From positions 8,770 to 72,769 of the forward strand of contig SKYU01000040.1 in assembly GCA_007127715.1 (NCBI GenBank): DNA of 64,000 nt, read 5' to 3'. The translations under genes and the position numbers were made by a program. Positions 51,401 to 60,751 of the stretch are shown here, one piece after another (positions within the stretch are counted from its first letter, which is position 1; each line of letters starts with the position of its first letter). The DNA comes from Gammaproteobacteria bacterium. Lineage in GTDB: Bacteria > Pseudomonadota > Gammaproteobacteria > Steroidobacterales > PWYM01. The notes under the pieces were generated by a model. It was not told the origin of the DNA. It saw only the letters and a program-made list of their open reading frames with translations, and searched no databases.

Positions 51401-52702
51401 TCAGTCGAGGTCGCGGGCCAGCCGGAACCCGAGGACCTGCCAGCGTTGGTGCGGATAGAAGAAGCTGCGGTAGCTGGCGCGCAGGTGGTCGGTCGAGCTC
51501 AGGCAGGCGCCACCCCGGACGCTCATCTGGTTGCACATGAACTTGCCGTTGTATTCACCCAGTGAGCCCGCCAGCGGGCGAAAGCCCGGGTAGGCCATGT
51601 ACGGCGAGGCGGTCCACTCCCAGGCATCGCCGAACAGCTGCGTCAGCCCGGCGCCGGGCGCGGCCACGGGCGTCAGCCAGCCGGCCTCCAGCAGGTTGCC
51701 GGCCACCGGTTGGGCCGCGGCTGCCGCCTCCCACTCGGCCTCGGTCGGCAGGCGTGCCCGGGCCCAGCGTGCATAGGCATCGGCCTCATAAAAGGACACG
51801 TGACTGACGGGCACGTGCGGATCGAGCGGGCGCCAGCCGCCATGGGTGAACACCTGGCGCCCGTCTTCCGACCAGTACAGTGGCGCGGTCCAGCCCTCGG
51901 CCTGCACCTGTGCCCAGCCGTCGGACAGCCACAGCGCGGGATCCTGGTAGCCCCCGTCGTCGATGAAGGCCTGGAATTCGGCGTTGGTCACCAGGCGGCT
52001 GGCCAGCGCGTGGGGGCGCAGGTGGACGCCATGACGAGGCGTCTCGTTGTCGAAACAGAAGCCCGTTCCGGCCTCTGCGGCACTGCCATGAGCGCCGATC
52101 AGGACCTCGCCACCGGGGTGCTCGTGCCAGGTCAGTGGCGGCGCCTCACGCGAGGGAGGTAACGGCAGGGCCGGGTCGTAGGCCGGCCCGAGCGGATTGC
52201 TCCACAACACGTGCTTGATGTCGGTGAGCAGCAGCTCCTGGTGCTGCTGCTCGTGGTTGAGCCCGAGGGTCACCAGGAAAGCGAGCTCGGGATCGTCGGG
52301 CGCACGCGCGAGCACCGGTGCCATGGCCGCATCCACGTGGGCGCGCCAATCGAGGATCTCGGCCACCGTCGGTCGCGAGAGCAGCCCCCGGCGCGGACGC
52401 GCGTGCATCTGCCCGACGGTCTGGTAGTACGAGTTGAACAGGTAATGCCAGCGCTCCTCCGGGGGGCGGTACCCGGGCAGCGCCTGCTGCAGAACGAAAC
52501 GCTCGAAGAACCAGGTCACGTGTGCCAGATGCCACTTCGTCGGGCTGACGTCGGGCATGGTCTGCACCACCTGGTCTTCAGCGGCGAGTGGCGCGGCGAG
52601 CCGTTCGCTCAAGCCGCGGATACGCGCCCAGGCTTCGTCCAGGGATTCCGGGGCGTCTTGCCCACGAACGGTAGAGGGGGCAGCGGCGGGGACTGAGGCC
52701 AT
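51401..52702 (-). CDS. egtB: hercynine oxygenase / sulfoxide synthase EgtB
   Basis: 433 aa with an N-terminal DinB_2-like region (SPTKWHLAHVTWFFERFVL). The C-terminal FGE-sulfatase-like domain reads GDAWEWTASPYMAYPGF...RGGACLSS. Its stop lies 13 nt upstream of the egtD start. Confidence 0.9.
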   Translation of the reverse strand: MASVPAAAPSTVRGQDAPESLDEAWARIRGLSERLAAPLAAEDQVVQTMPDVSPTKWHLAHVTWFFERFVLQQALPGYRPPEERWHYLFNSYYQTVGQMHARPRRGLLSRPTVAEILDWRAHVDAAMAPVLARAPDDPELAFLVTLGLNHEQQHQELLLTDIKHVLWSNPLGPAYDPALPLPPSREAPPLTWHEHPGGEVLIGAHGSAAEAGTGFCFDNETPRHGVHLRPHALASRLVTNAEFQAFIDDGGYQDPALWLSDGWAQVQAEGWTAPLYWSEDGRQVFTHGGWRPLDPHVPVSHVSFYEADAYARWARARLPTEAEWEAAAAAQPVAGNLLEAGWLTPVAAPGAGLTQLFGDAWEWTASPYMAYPGFRPLAGSLGEYNGKFMCNQMSVRGGACLSSTDHLRASYRSFFYPHQRWQVLGFRLARDLD

Positions 52703-52831
52703 GCGTCGTGCCTTCGGGCGCCGGCCTCCTGCCGACAGCCCCTTGCGGGTGAGCGGTCGAGGTTAAGGATGGCTCCCGAAGATGTCAAAACGGTGGCAGG
52801 CCCCGTCATCGCGCCCGCGCGCGGAGTGTCC

Positions 52832-52860
52832 TTGACTCCGTTCGGGGGGGCCGCTTTAAT
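52832..52860 (+). promoter_or_regulatory. candidate sigma-70 promoter for tRNA-Phe (TTGACT-N17-TTTAAT)
   Basis: Near-consensus hexamers with 17-nt spacing. The -10 element ends 18 nt before the mature tRNA 5' end. Confidence 0.45.
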
Positions 52861-52878
52861 ACCGCGTCTTGCCTCGAT

Positions 52879-52954
<76 letters not shown>

Positions 52955-53049
52955 TCAATTCCTTACTTGACCTGGCAGGCCGTGTTCCATGGCCCCGCCC
53001 GCCGAGCTGACGTTCGTCGGGTATTGCACCCAGGTCGCTCCCCCTGCGC

Positions 53050-53817
53050 ATGAGATTCACCCGCCATATCGGTATCGACTATTCCGGAGCGCAGACGCCC
53101 GAGAGCCGTCTCACGGGGCTGCAGGTTTTCGAGGCTCGCAACGGCGGCGTACCGGAGCGCATCGGGACGCCGGCCACGGGGGTGAAGCACTGGACGCGCC
53201 TCGAGGTCGCACAGTTCTGCGCGACCGCCGTCGCGTCCGGGGAACCGGTAATCATCGGCATCGATCATGCGTTTTCTTTCCCGATCAGCTACATGAAGCG
53301 CAACGGGATCAGGCGCTGGCCGCGGTTTCTCGATGACTTCATGCGCCACTGGCCGACTGCCGATCCCCATGCCCGTGTCGATGTTCACCGCGAGAACAAT
53401 CCACGCACGGGCGAGGCCAGCGAGCTTCGTCTGTGCGAGCGTTGGACGGCCGGACCGAAGAGCGTGTTCCAGTTCGACGTCCAGGGGCAGGTGGCCACCT
53501 CGACCCACGCGGGTCTGCCTTGGCTGCTGTGGCTGCGCGAAATCTCCCGCCCTGCCGCGCGGCTGCATTTCTGGCCGTTCGATGGCTTCGAGGTTCCCGC
53601 CGGCAGCAGCGTCGTCGCGGAGGTCTACCCCTCGCTGTTCCGCCGGCGCTACCCGAAAGACGACCGCACGCCCGACGAGCACGATGCCTACTGTGTTGCC
53701 GCCTGGCTTGCCGACATGGATTGCCGCGGCGCGCTGGAGGGGTACTTCCACCCTCCGCTCAGCGCTGCCGAACTGCGCCAGTGCCGCCTCGAGGGCTGGA
53801 TTCTCGGCGTGCGCTGA
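53050..53817 (+). CDS. hypothetical protein (N-terminal IGIDYSGA motif; RNase-H-like/DUF429-type fold is only a guess)
   Basis: 255-aa ORF with in-frame GC3 bias, and the only plausible gene between tRNA-Phe and marC. No family confidently recognised. Confidence 0.65.
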   Translation: MRFTRHIGIDYSGAQTPESRLTGLQVFEARNGGVPERIGTPATGVKHWTRLEVAQFCATAVASGEPVIIGIDHAFSFPISYMKRNGIRRWPRFLDDFMRHWPTADPHARVDVHRENNPRTGEASELRLCERWTAGPKSVFQFDVQGQVATSTHAGLPWLLWLREISRPAARLHFWPFDGFEVPAGSSVVAEVYPSLFRRRYPKDDRTPDEHDAYCVAAWLADMDCRGALEGYFHPPLSAAELRQCRLEGWILGVR

Positions 53818-53828
53818 TCCACCCGGCC

Positions 53829-54476
53829 TCAGGTGAGCAGCGCCCCGCGAATTCCGTCGAAGATGAACTGCGCGGCAAGGGCTGCCAGGATGACACCGAG
53901 GATGCGGGTGATCATGGCCGCAAGCGTCTCGCCCATCAGCCGCATGACCGGCCCGATCAGCAGGAACACGACCAGGCAGATGAGCAGGTTCGCGCCGAGG
54001 CCAAGCAGGACCGAGACCTGCGCGCCCAGCGAGCCGCCGGCCTGCGACATGAAAAGCATGATGGAGGCGATGGCGCCGGGGCCGGCCAGCATGGGGATGG
54101 CCATCGGAAAGACCGAGATGTCCTCATGGGTGCCGGGGAGCGATTCATCACTTTCGCTCAGCGCCTCGGCGCGCTCCTCACGTCGCTTGGTGCGTTTCTC
54201 GAACACCATGTCGAGCGCGATCAGGAACAGCAGCACGCCACCGGCGGCGCGAAACGCATCCAGGCTGATATGCAGCGCCCCCAGCAGCCACTCACCGCCG
54301 TAGGCAAAACCGATCAGCACCACCGTGGCGATACCGACGGAGCGCAGCGCCATGCGGCGGCGGTGCCGGGCATCGGTGCCTTCGGTGAGGCTCGCAAAGA
54401 TGGGCGCGACGCCGGGGACGTCAATCACCACGAAAAAGGTCACGAACGCCGCGACGAACAGTGTCAGGTCAAGCAT
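53829..54476 (-). CDS. marC: MarC-family (UPF0056/NAAT) integral membrane protein
   Basis: 215 aa with FVAAFVTFFVVIDVPGVAPIFASLT...FRAAGGVLLFLIALDMVF, typical of the MarC family. Confidence 0.88.
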   Translation of the reverse strand: MLDLTLFVAAFVTFFVVIDVPGVAPIFASLTEGTDARHRRRMALRSVGIATVVLIGFAYGGEWLLGALHISLDAFRAAGGVLLFLIALDMVFEKRTKRREERAEALSESDESLPGTHEDISVFPMAIPMLAGPGAIASIMLFMSQAGGSLGAQVSVLLGLGANLLICLVVFLLIGPVMRLMGETLAAMITRILGVILAALAAQFIFDGIRGALLT

Positions 54477-54532
54477 GGCATCCGCCGTACGGGTGAGGTC
54501 GGGTCGGCGACAGCGCCGGTCGCGAGTATACG

Positions 54533-57094
54533 TCAGGCAGCCGGCTGGGCGCTCGGGGCTGCGTCAGCTGCGACGCCTGCCCTGGCGTGGTGTTGGACGG
54601 TCGCGATGAGCTGGCGGTGGTCGATGGGTTTGGTGAGGTAGTCGTCGCAGCCCGCAGCCAGGCAGCGTTCGCGATCGCCGGACATGGCGTGTGCGGTCAC
54701 CGCAATGATCGGGCCCGTGAATCCCAGCTCGCGCAGCCGGCGGGTGGCCCCGTATCCGTCGAGCTCGGGCATCTGCATGTCCATCAGCACCACGTCCGGC
54801 CGTGTATCGGGCTTCGCGGCCTCGAGATGTTCGACGGCCAGGCGGCCGTTTTCCGCCACGCTGACCCGGGCCCCCGCGCGCTCGAGATGGAAGCGGATCA
54901 GACGCTGGTTGTCCGGCCCGTCTTCAGCGAGCAGGACCCGCACGCCGGCGAGTCGTCCCGCGAGCGGGGCTTCGGCGTCGACGGCCGATGCCGAAGCATC
55001 GGCTGTGCTGTCCGCCAGCGTTTCGGCACCAACCGGCAGGGTCAGGGTAAACGTGCTGCCATGCCCGTCCACCGATGCGATGGTCAGTTCGCCACCGAGC
55101 AGGCGTGCCAGGGCATGGGAAATCCGCAAGCCGAGTCCGGTGCCCCCGAAGCGTCGAGTGGTGCTCGTATCGGCCTGGGAGAAGGCCTCGAAGCGCCGGG
55201 CGGTCTCGAGCGCCTCTGCACTCATGCCGATTCCCGTATCGGTGACACTGAACGCGAGCTCTCCGGCTTCGGTCAGCTCGAGGCCCAGCGTCACCGAGCC
55301 CTGGTCGGTGAACTTGAGCGCATTGCTCAGCAGGTTGAGCAGGATCTGGCGCAGGCGCGTGGGATCGCTGCACATGCGCACGGGGGTGCCCGCGGCCACC
55401 GCCACGTGCAGTGCGATGCCCTTGTCACGGGCCCGGCTGGCCATCATCGCCGCCGTCTCGCGCAGGATCGCGCCAGGGTCGACCGGGAGCTGTTCCACCT
55501 GCATGCGGCCCGCCTCGATCTTGGACATGTCCAGGATGTCGTCAAGCACGGTCAGCAGGTGGCTGGCCTGCCGGTGAATGGTGCGCAGCGCGACCGCGGC
55601 GTCTTCGCCGGCCAGGCGATCCTCCCCGCTGTCGGGGTCAAGCAGTTCCGCAAACCCGAGGATGGCGGTCATCGGTGTGCGGATCTCGTGGCTCATGTTG
55701 GCGAGGAACTCGCTCTTGGCCCGGCTGGCGGTTTCGGCGTCCTGCCGGGCCTGCTCGAGCAGGGCCTCGTGCTCGAGGCGCGCAGTGATGTCCCGCACGA
55801 TGCCGATGAAACGTCCTGCGCCGCTGCCCGGCACGTATTGCAGGGACACCTCCACCGGGATGTCGTGTCCGTCGCTGTGCCGGTGCACTGTCCGGAACAC
55901 GAACGATTCGCAGGGGTTCTGCCGTAATGGTTCGGTCAGCGCGCGGATCTGCGACTCCTCGTACTGCGGGTTGATGTCCATAGGCGTCATGCCCGCGAGG
56001 CGCGCAGCATCGTAGCCCACATGCTGTCGGGCACCCTGGTTCGCATACACGATACGCAGGGTCTCCGCATCGAACATGAAAATACAGTCATTCGCCGCCT
56101 CGAGCGCGGCGGTGATCTCGGCCAGCGCGCGCTCCCGCGCAACCTGTTCGGTGATGTCGGTGGCCACGGCCACCAGTCTGTCGAACCGCCCGTCCGCGTC
56201 GCACAGCGGCACCTTGTCGTAGCGGATCGTGCGCTCGCGCTGACCGTGTCCGCGATAGCTCTTCAGCGCCCCCAGGCGGGGCTGGCCGCTCGCGATGATC
56301 TCGCGGTCCTCGGCCAGGTAGGCGTAGGCCTCGGTCTCCGGGACCAGTTCCTCCATCCGGCGGCCCACGAGAGCCTCGGCGGGCTGCTTCAGGGACGCCG
56401 CCGCGGTGCGGTTCACCGCGAGGATGCGGTTCTGGTCGTCCTTGTAGAACACCATGGCGGGCAGCGCATCCAGGATGACCCGCATCTCCTCGCGCAGGGG
56501 CGTGGTCTGCTGGAACTGCTCGCGGATGCGGTTGCCGCTCAGCACCACGTATACCAGGAACATGGCGCTCATCACGCTCATGGCGGTCGGGATCGGGCCG
56601 CCTTCCAGCAGGTAGGCCAGCGTCAGCGCCAGCGCGGCCGGGACGATCAGCGCTGCCATTGCGAGCCGGTCGACCGACAGTGAGGCGCTGGCGGCGGCGC
56701 CCACACCGGCGATGACGAAGCCGAGGAACACCTGGTGGGCGACTTCGCCGGCGGGAAACATCAGCACGCTGGCCAGCGCCCAGCTGAGGCCGCCCCCCAG
56801 TGTCGCGGCGCGGAACCGGCGCAGCCAGCGATCGGGATCGGCCCGGCCCGCGGCCCGGGCACGCCGGTAGCCGAGCAGTACGCCGGTGCGCCAGGCCAGC
56901 GATGCGGCCATCAACCCCGTCCATGTGAGCACCGCCCAGGTCGGCAGCAGCGGCGACTGGACGGTCGCGAGCACCAGCGCCAGCACCAGCGTGCCGACGA
57001 CAGCCACCGGCACGCTGCGATACAGCAGGTCGACGCGGTCCTCCAGTACGCTGGCGCCGAGGTGGAGGCCGTTTGAGGGTCTGGTGTACACCAT
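54533..57094 (-). CDS. hybrid sensor histidine kinase / response regulator (multi-TM N-domain, two PAS-like regions, HisKA, HATPase_c, REC)
   Basis: 853 aa. The first ~180 aa hold 5-6 hydrophobic helices. The H-box is SHEIRTPMTAILGFAELL, with N/G boxes (NALKFT; GGTGLGLRISHALARLLGGE) and a receiver (VLLAEDGPDNQ...VVLMDMQMPELDGY...AVTAHAM). Confidence 0.92.
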   Translation of the reverse strand: MVYTRPSNGLHLGASVLEDRVDLLYRSVPVAVVGTLVLALVLATVQSPLLPTWAVLTWTGLMAASLAWRTGVLLGYRRARAAGRADPDRWLRRFRAATLGGGLSWALASVLMFPAGEVAHQVFLGFVIAGVGAAASASLSVDRLAMAALIVPAALALTLAYLLEGGPIPTAMSVMSAMFLVYVVLSGNRIREQFQQTTPLREEMRVILDALPAMVFYKDDQNRILAVNRTAAASLKQPAEALVGRRMEELVPETEAYAYLAEDREIIASGQPRLGALKSYRGHGQRERTIRYDKVPLCDADGRFDRLVAVATDITEQVARERALAEITAALEAANDCIFMFDAETLRIVYANQGARQHVGYDAARLAGMTPMDINPQYEESQIRALTEPLRQNPCESFVFRTVHRHSDGHDIPVEVSLQYVPGSGAGRFIGIVRDITARLEHEALLEQARQDAETASRAKSEFLANMSHEIRTPMTAILGFAELLDPDSGEDRLAGEDAAVALRTIHRQASHLLTVLDDILDMSKIEAGRMQVEQLPVDPGAILRETAAMMASRARDKGIALHVAVAAGTPVRMCSDPTRLRQILLNLLSNALKFTDQGSVTLGLELTEAGELAFSVTDTGIGMSAEALETARRFEAFSQADTSTTRRFGGTGLGLRISHALARLLGGELTIASVDGHGSTFTLTLPVGAETLADSTADASASAVDAEAPLAGRLAGVRVLLAEDGPDNQRLIRFHLERAGARVSVAENGRLAVEHLEAAKPDTRPDVVLMDMQMPELDGYGATRRLRELGFTGPIIAVTAHAMSGDRERCLAAGCDDYLTKPIDHRQLIATVQHHARAGVAADAAPSAQPAA

Positions 57095-57137
57095 GACCGC
57101 GTTATCGGCCGGCGGCAGGCGTTCTGTAGCTTTCGGC

Positions 57138-58103
57138 CTATCCGGCTGCGCCGGCGCGGGGCAGGTGCAGTTCGGCCAGCATGCAGCGGACTCCCCCGCC
57201 CGCGTGATGCTCGATGGTGTCGATGTTCACGGTGACCGGCTGAGCGTGGCGCTCGAGCCGTTGCCGCTGGGCCGGGGTAAAGGCGCCCCAGGCACGGGTC
57301 GAGACCGCCAGCACGGGCCCTCCGGTGCCGACGAGCTCCAGGACGTTGGCGCACAGCGAGGCCATCTGTGATGCGTCGATCTCCACCACGGCAGTGCCAT
57401 CGGCCTCCAGCGCTTCGCGCAGCCCGGCGCGCTCCCCCGGGTCTCGGAGGCTGTCCAGGCAGACCACGGCCACCCGGCTGCCGACGGAGAGCATGACGTT
57501 GGTGTGGTAGATCGGCCGACCCCGGGCGTCGCTGGCGGAGAACACCCTGGCCCGATAGCCCAGCGCCTCACAGGCATGGGCGATCGCCTGCGGATGCGAG
57601 CGGGGGGAGCGGCAGGCGTAGGCCACACGGGTCCGGCGGTCGAGCACCAGGCTGCCCGTGCCCTCGACCACCAGTCCCCGGGCTTCCAGGGGGCTGAGAT
57701 CCAGCGTCCTGTCCAGCCGGAAGCCGTGCTCCGCCTGCAGCCGCTCGAGCACGGCGGGTGAGCGCTCTGCCCGACGGTTCGCGGCCAGCATGGGGTAGAG
57801 CACGGCAGTGCCATCGGCGTGGGTCGAAAGCCAGTTGTTGGGGAACAAGGCATCCGGCAGGTCCTGACCCTCGGGGGGCGGCATGACCACCACCTCCACG
57901 CCGGCCGTGCGCAGGGCCTCCGCCGCGGCGTCGAACTCTGCGAGGGCCCGGGCGAGCAGTGTCGGTCCGGCGGCGCCCGCCGGTGCCTGGAAGGCGTTGC
58001 TGGAGGCGGTCTGCGGGTTCGAGTAAAAGCAGCGCGGCCGGATCATCAATACCGCCGAGGCGGCCTGGGCGTCCCTGCGAGGGTTGTCGGCAAGCGTGGA
58101 CAT
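57138..58103 (-). CDS. ctlX: arginine-deiminase-related / amidinotransferase-superfamily hydrolase (CtlX-like)
   Basis: 321 aa. The N-terminus VLMIRPRCFYSNPQTASSNAFQ and the C-terminal catalytic-Cys block HHAGGGVRCMLAELHLP fit the guanidino-group-modifying enzyme fold. Confidence 0.75.
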   Translation of the reverse strand: MSTLADNPRRDAQAASAVLMIRPRCFYSNPQTASSNAFQAPAGAAGPTLLARALAEFDAAAEALRTAGVEVVVMPPPEGQDLPDALFPNNWLSTHADGTAVLYPMLAANRRAERSPAVLERLQAEHGFRLDRTLDLSPLEARGLVVEGTGSLVLDRRTRVAYACRSPRSHPQAIAHACEALGYRARVFSASDARGRPIYHTNVMLSVGSRVAVVCLDSLRDPGERAGLREALEADGTAVVEIDASQMASLCANVLELVGTGGPVLAVSTRAWGAFTPAQRQRLERHAQPVTVNIDTIEHHAGGGVRCMLAELHLPRAGAAG

Positions 58104-58109
58104 GGACGG

Positions 58110-58262
58110 CTACCAGAGAAAGGCCAGGATGAAGATGCCCAGCATCACGAACACCAGCGCCAGTTTCAACGCCGCGGCCACCAGCAGGGCGACCCAGGTC
58201 GCCAGTCCGATCTCGGCGGCGCTGCCCAGGCCGCGGCGATACATGAGCCAGTCGGGAGTCAT
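58110..58262 (-). CDS. small hydrophobic protein (hypothetical)
   Basis: MTPDWLMYRRGLGSAAEIGLATWVALLVAAALKLALVFVMLGIFILAFLW: one or two TM helices with coding-like codon bias. It fits exactly between the DCC gene stop and the ctlX start. The track start is 58298. Confidence 0.45.
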   Translation of the reverse strand: MTPDWLMYRRGLGSAAEIGLATWVALLVAAALKLALVFVMLGIFILAFLW

Positions 58263-58301
58263 TGCGGGATGGTCGCGCCGGTCTCGGCGAAAACGCAAGC
58301 C

Positions 58302-58730
58302 TCAGCCGCTGCAGCGGGTCCTCTGCAGGCGCCGCCAGCGGCGTGCTGCCCAGAGCCCGTAGGCCCATTCCAGGGGGGCGATCAGACGCAGGCGTCTGAC
58401 CAGCCAGGCCACCCGCCGCCAGCCGGGCAGCTCGGCCCATACCACGGTGAAGGCCTCGGCCCCCGAGCGGACATCACCGCAGCTGTCGATGACATGAAAC
58501 CGACGCATGGCCTCCACCCGGTCGATCCCGTGGTCATCGAGCGTCTCGGGGTGGGCATCGATATCGTGCCAGGCGATCCTTCCGCTGCGGTCGAGTCGGC
58601 GGTAGTGGGCGATTTCGCGGCGGCAGACGGGGCAGCCGCCGTCGTAGAACACGCGGGGGCGTGGCTCGGTTGCGGGTGTCTCGGGGGCGGTGGCGGTGGC
58701 GGTGCCGGGATGCGGGGTCGTCATGCTCAT
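58302..58730 (-). CDS. thiol-disulfide oxidoreductase DCC family (DUF393)
   Basis: VFYDGGCPVCRREIAHYRRLD with the CPxC motif. Trimmed to ATG 58728-58730; the track start is 58787. Confidence 0.8.
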   Translation of the reverse strand: MSMTTPHPGTATATAPETPATEPRPRVFYDGGCPVCRREIAHYRRLDRSGRIAWHDIDAHPETLDDHGIDRVEAMRRFHVIDSCGDVRSGAEAFTVVWAELPGWRRVAWLVRRLRLIAPLEWAYGLWAARRWRRLQRTRCSG

Positions 58731-58785
58731 TGGGTTCGCCGGCCCTGCGCGAGTGGATGTCCGACCTGCGCTACACTCCGTGGAC

Positions 58786-59736
58786 ATGACCGCTGCCCTG
58801 ACCCGCCGACTGCCGGCACCGCTGCGCTACTGGCTCGGTATTTTCGCCGCCGCCACTCGCAACTGGCTGGAGAGCCAGGCGTTCATCTACGCCGCCGCGC
58901 TGGCGTTTTTCACCGTGTTCTCCATTGCGCCGGTGACCATCATCGCCGTCACGGTGGTCGGCCTGGTGCTCGGCGAGCAGGCGGCCGAAGGCCAGATCAT
59001 GGCCCAGCTCGAAGAGGTCATCGGCACCGAGGCCGCCGGGGTGGTCGAGACCGCGGTCCTCAACTCCCAGATCGACCAGGGTGGCCTGTTTCCCACGGTG
59101 ATCGGCATCGCGGCGATCCTGGTGGGGGCGAGTACGGTGTTCGCCCAGATGCAGCAGTCGCTGAACCAGATCTGGGACGTGGCCGCGCGGCCGTCGCGCA
59201 GCAGCCTGCTGCTGTTCATTCGCAGCCGCGTGCTCTCGCTGACCATCGTGCTGGCGATCGGTTTCATTCTGCTGGTGTCGCTGCTGCTCAGTGTCGCGTT
59301 GCGGACGGTGATGGTGTTTGCAGAGCAGTGGCTGCCGGTGCCGGCCGGCCTGATGGTCGGGGTCGAGGTGGCGCTGTCGTTCGGCGTCGTGACGCTGCTG
59401 TTCGCGGCGATGTTCCGCATCCTGCCCGACGTGGTGCTGGGCTGGCGGGACGTGCTGGTTGGCGCGGCGCTGACGGCGCTGCTGTTCACCCTCGGTCGCT
59501 CGCTGATCGCCATGTATCTGGCCAACACGGCCACGGCGTCGACGTACGGGGCCGCAGGCTCGCTGGTGTTGCTGCTGTTGTGGGTGAACTACTCGTCGCT
59601 GATCCTGCTGTACGGCGCGGCGTTCACCCGGGCGCATCTCGAGGCCCGCGGGCTGCCGGTGAGGCCCAAGACCGCTGCGGTCTGTGTGCATCGGGCGCTC
59701 ATCGAGACGCCGGAAGGCGAGGGGGGCGCGCCGTGA
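58786..59736 (+). CDS. YihY/BrkB (virulence factor BrkB / former RNase BN) family membrane protein
   Basis: Trimmed to ATG 58786 (MTAALTRRLPAPLRYWL). FIYAAALAFFTVFSIAPVTIIAVTVVG and the C-terminal WVNYSSLILLYGAAFT are typical of the family. Confidence 0.85.
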   Translation: MTAALTRRLPAPLRYWLGIFAAATRNWLESQAFIYAAALAFFTVFSIAPVTIIAVTVVGLVLGEQAAEGQIMAQLEEVIGTEAAGVVETAVLNSQIDQGGLFPTVIGIAAILVGASTVFAQMQQSLNQIWDVAARPSRSSLLLFIRSRVLSLTIVLAIGFILLVSLLLSVALRTVMVFAEQWLPVPAGLMVGVEVALSFGVVTLLFAAMFRILPDVVLGWRDVLVGAALTALLFTLGRSLIAMYLANTATASTYGAAGSLVLLLLWVNYSSLILLYGAAFTRAHLEARGLPVRPKTAAVCVHRALIETPEGEGGAP

Positions 59737-59782
59737 CGGGCATGCGGTGCGGCGTCGACCCGCTCGCGTATACTCCGCCCGC

Positions 59783-60751
59783 ATGATCAGTCTGTCTCGT
59801 CTGCTGCCCTGGGTCCTGCTGGGGTTCGTGCTGGGTGCTGCCCGTGTCGAGGCCGCCTGGGAGGTCGATCCGTCGCGCCTGCAACTGGCCTCGGTGCAGG
59901 CAGCGGTCGCCGATCTCACGAGCGGCGAACTGCTGTATGCCAAGCACGCCGACCGGGTGGTGCCGATCGCGTCGGTGACCAAGCTCATGACCGCGCTGGT
60001 CGTGCTCGAGTCCGGTGTGCCGCTCGACGAGTGGCTGGAGATCGTCCCGCGGGCCCGCCCGGCGCCTGTGAATGCCTACTCGCGAATCCGCATCGGCTCG
60101 GCGTTGCGTCGTACCGACCTGCTGCGCATCACGCTGATGGCATCGGAGAACCAGGCCGCCTACGTGCTGGCGCGCCATCATCCCGGCGGGTACGCGGCGT
60201 TCATTGCGGCGATGAACGACCGTGCGGCGTCACTGGGCATGACGCGGACCCGCTTCGTCGACTCGACCGGCCTCTCGGCCGACAACCGCTCGACGGCGGC
60301 GGACCTGCTCAAGCTGCTCAGCGCCACCCTGGAGCAGCCGCTGATCCGCGAATACACCGGCACGCCCGGGTTCACGGCCCAGTTCCGCCAGCCGCGCTAC
60401 ACCCTGCAGTACGGCAATACCAACGTACTGGTACATCGGGATCGCTGGGACGTGGCGGTCAGCAAGACCGGCTATCTGCGGGTCGCCGGGCGCTGTCTGG
60501 CCATGGTGGCAAATGTCGATGGGCGGCCGGTTGCGATGGTGTTTCTCGATGCCCTGGGGACGCGGACGCCTATCGGTGATGCCGGTCGCGTGGCGCGGTG
60601 GCTGCGGACAGGTGACGGCGGGAGCGTGGCTGCTGCCGCCCGCGACTACGAACGCCAGCGCCAGGCCGACTATGCCCGCGAGGCGCGCCTGGCCGAAGCG
60701 TCCGCCGTCTGCGAACCCGGGGCGTCCGGCGGCGAGCTCTCGAGCTGCTGA
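59783..60751 (+). CDS. pbpG: D-alanyl-D-alanine endopeptidase/carboxypeptidase (peptidase S11, PbpG-like)
   Basis: Trimmed to ATG 59783 with a signal peptide (MISLSRLLPWVLLGFVLGAARVEA). The active-site SxxK (ASVTKLMT), SxN (ASEN) and KTG (SKTGY) motifs are present. Confidence 0.88.
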   Translation: MISLSRLLPWVLLGFVLGAARVEAAWEVDPSRLQLASVQAAVADLTSGELLYAKHADRVVPIASVTKLMTALVVLESGVPLDEWLEIVPRARPAPVNAYSRIRIGSALRRTDLLRITLMASENQAAYVLARHHPGGYAAFIAAMNDRAASLGMTRTRFVDSTGLSADNRSTAADLLKLLSATLEQPLIREYTGTPGFTAQFRQPRYTLQYGNTNVLVHRDRWDVAVSKTGYLRVAGRCLAMVANVDGRPVAMVFLDALGTRTPIGDAGRVARWLRTGDGGSVAAAARDYERQRQADYAREARLAEASAVCEPGASGGELSSC

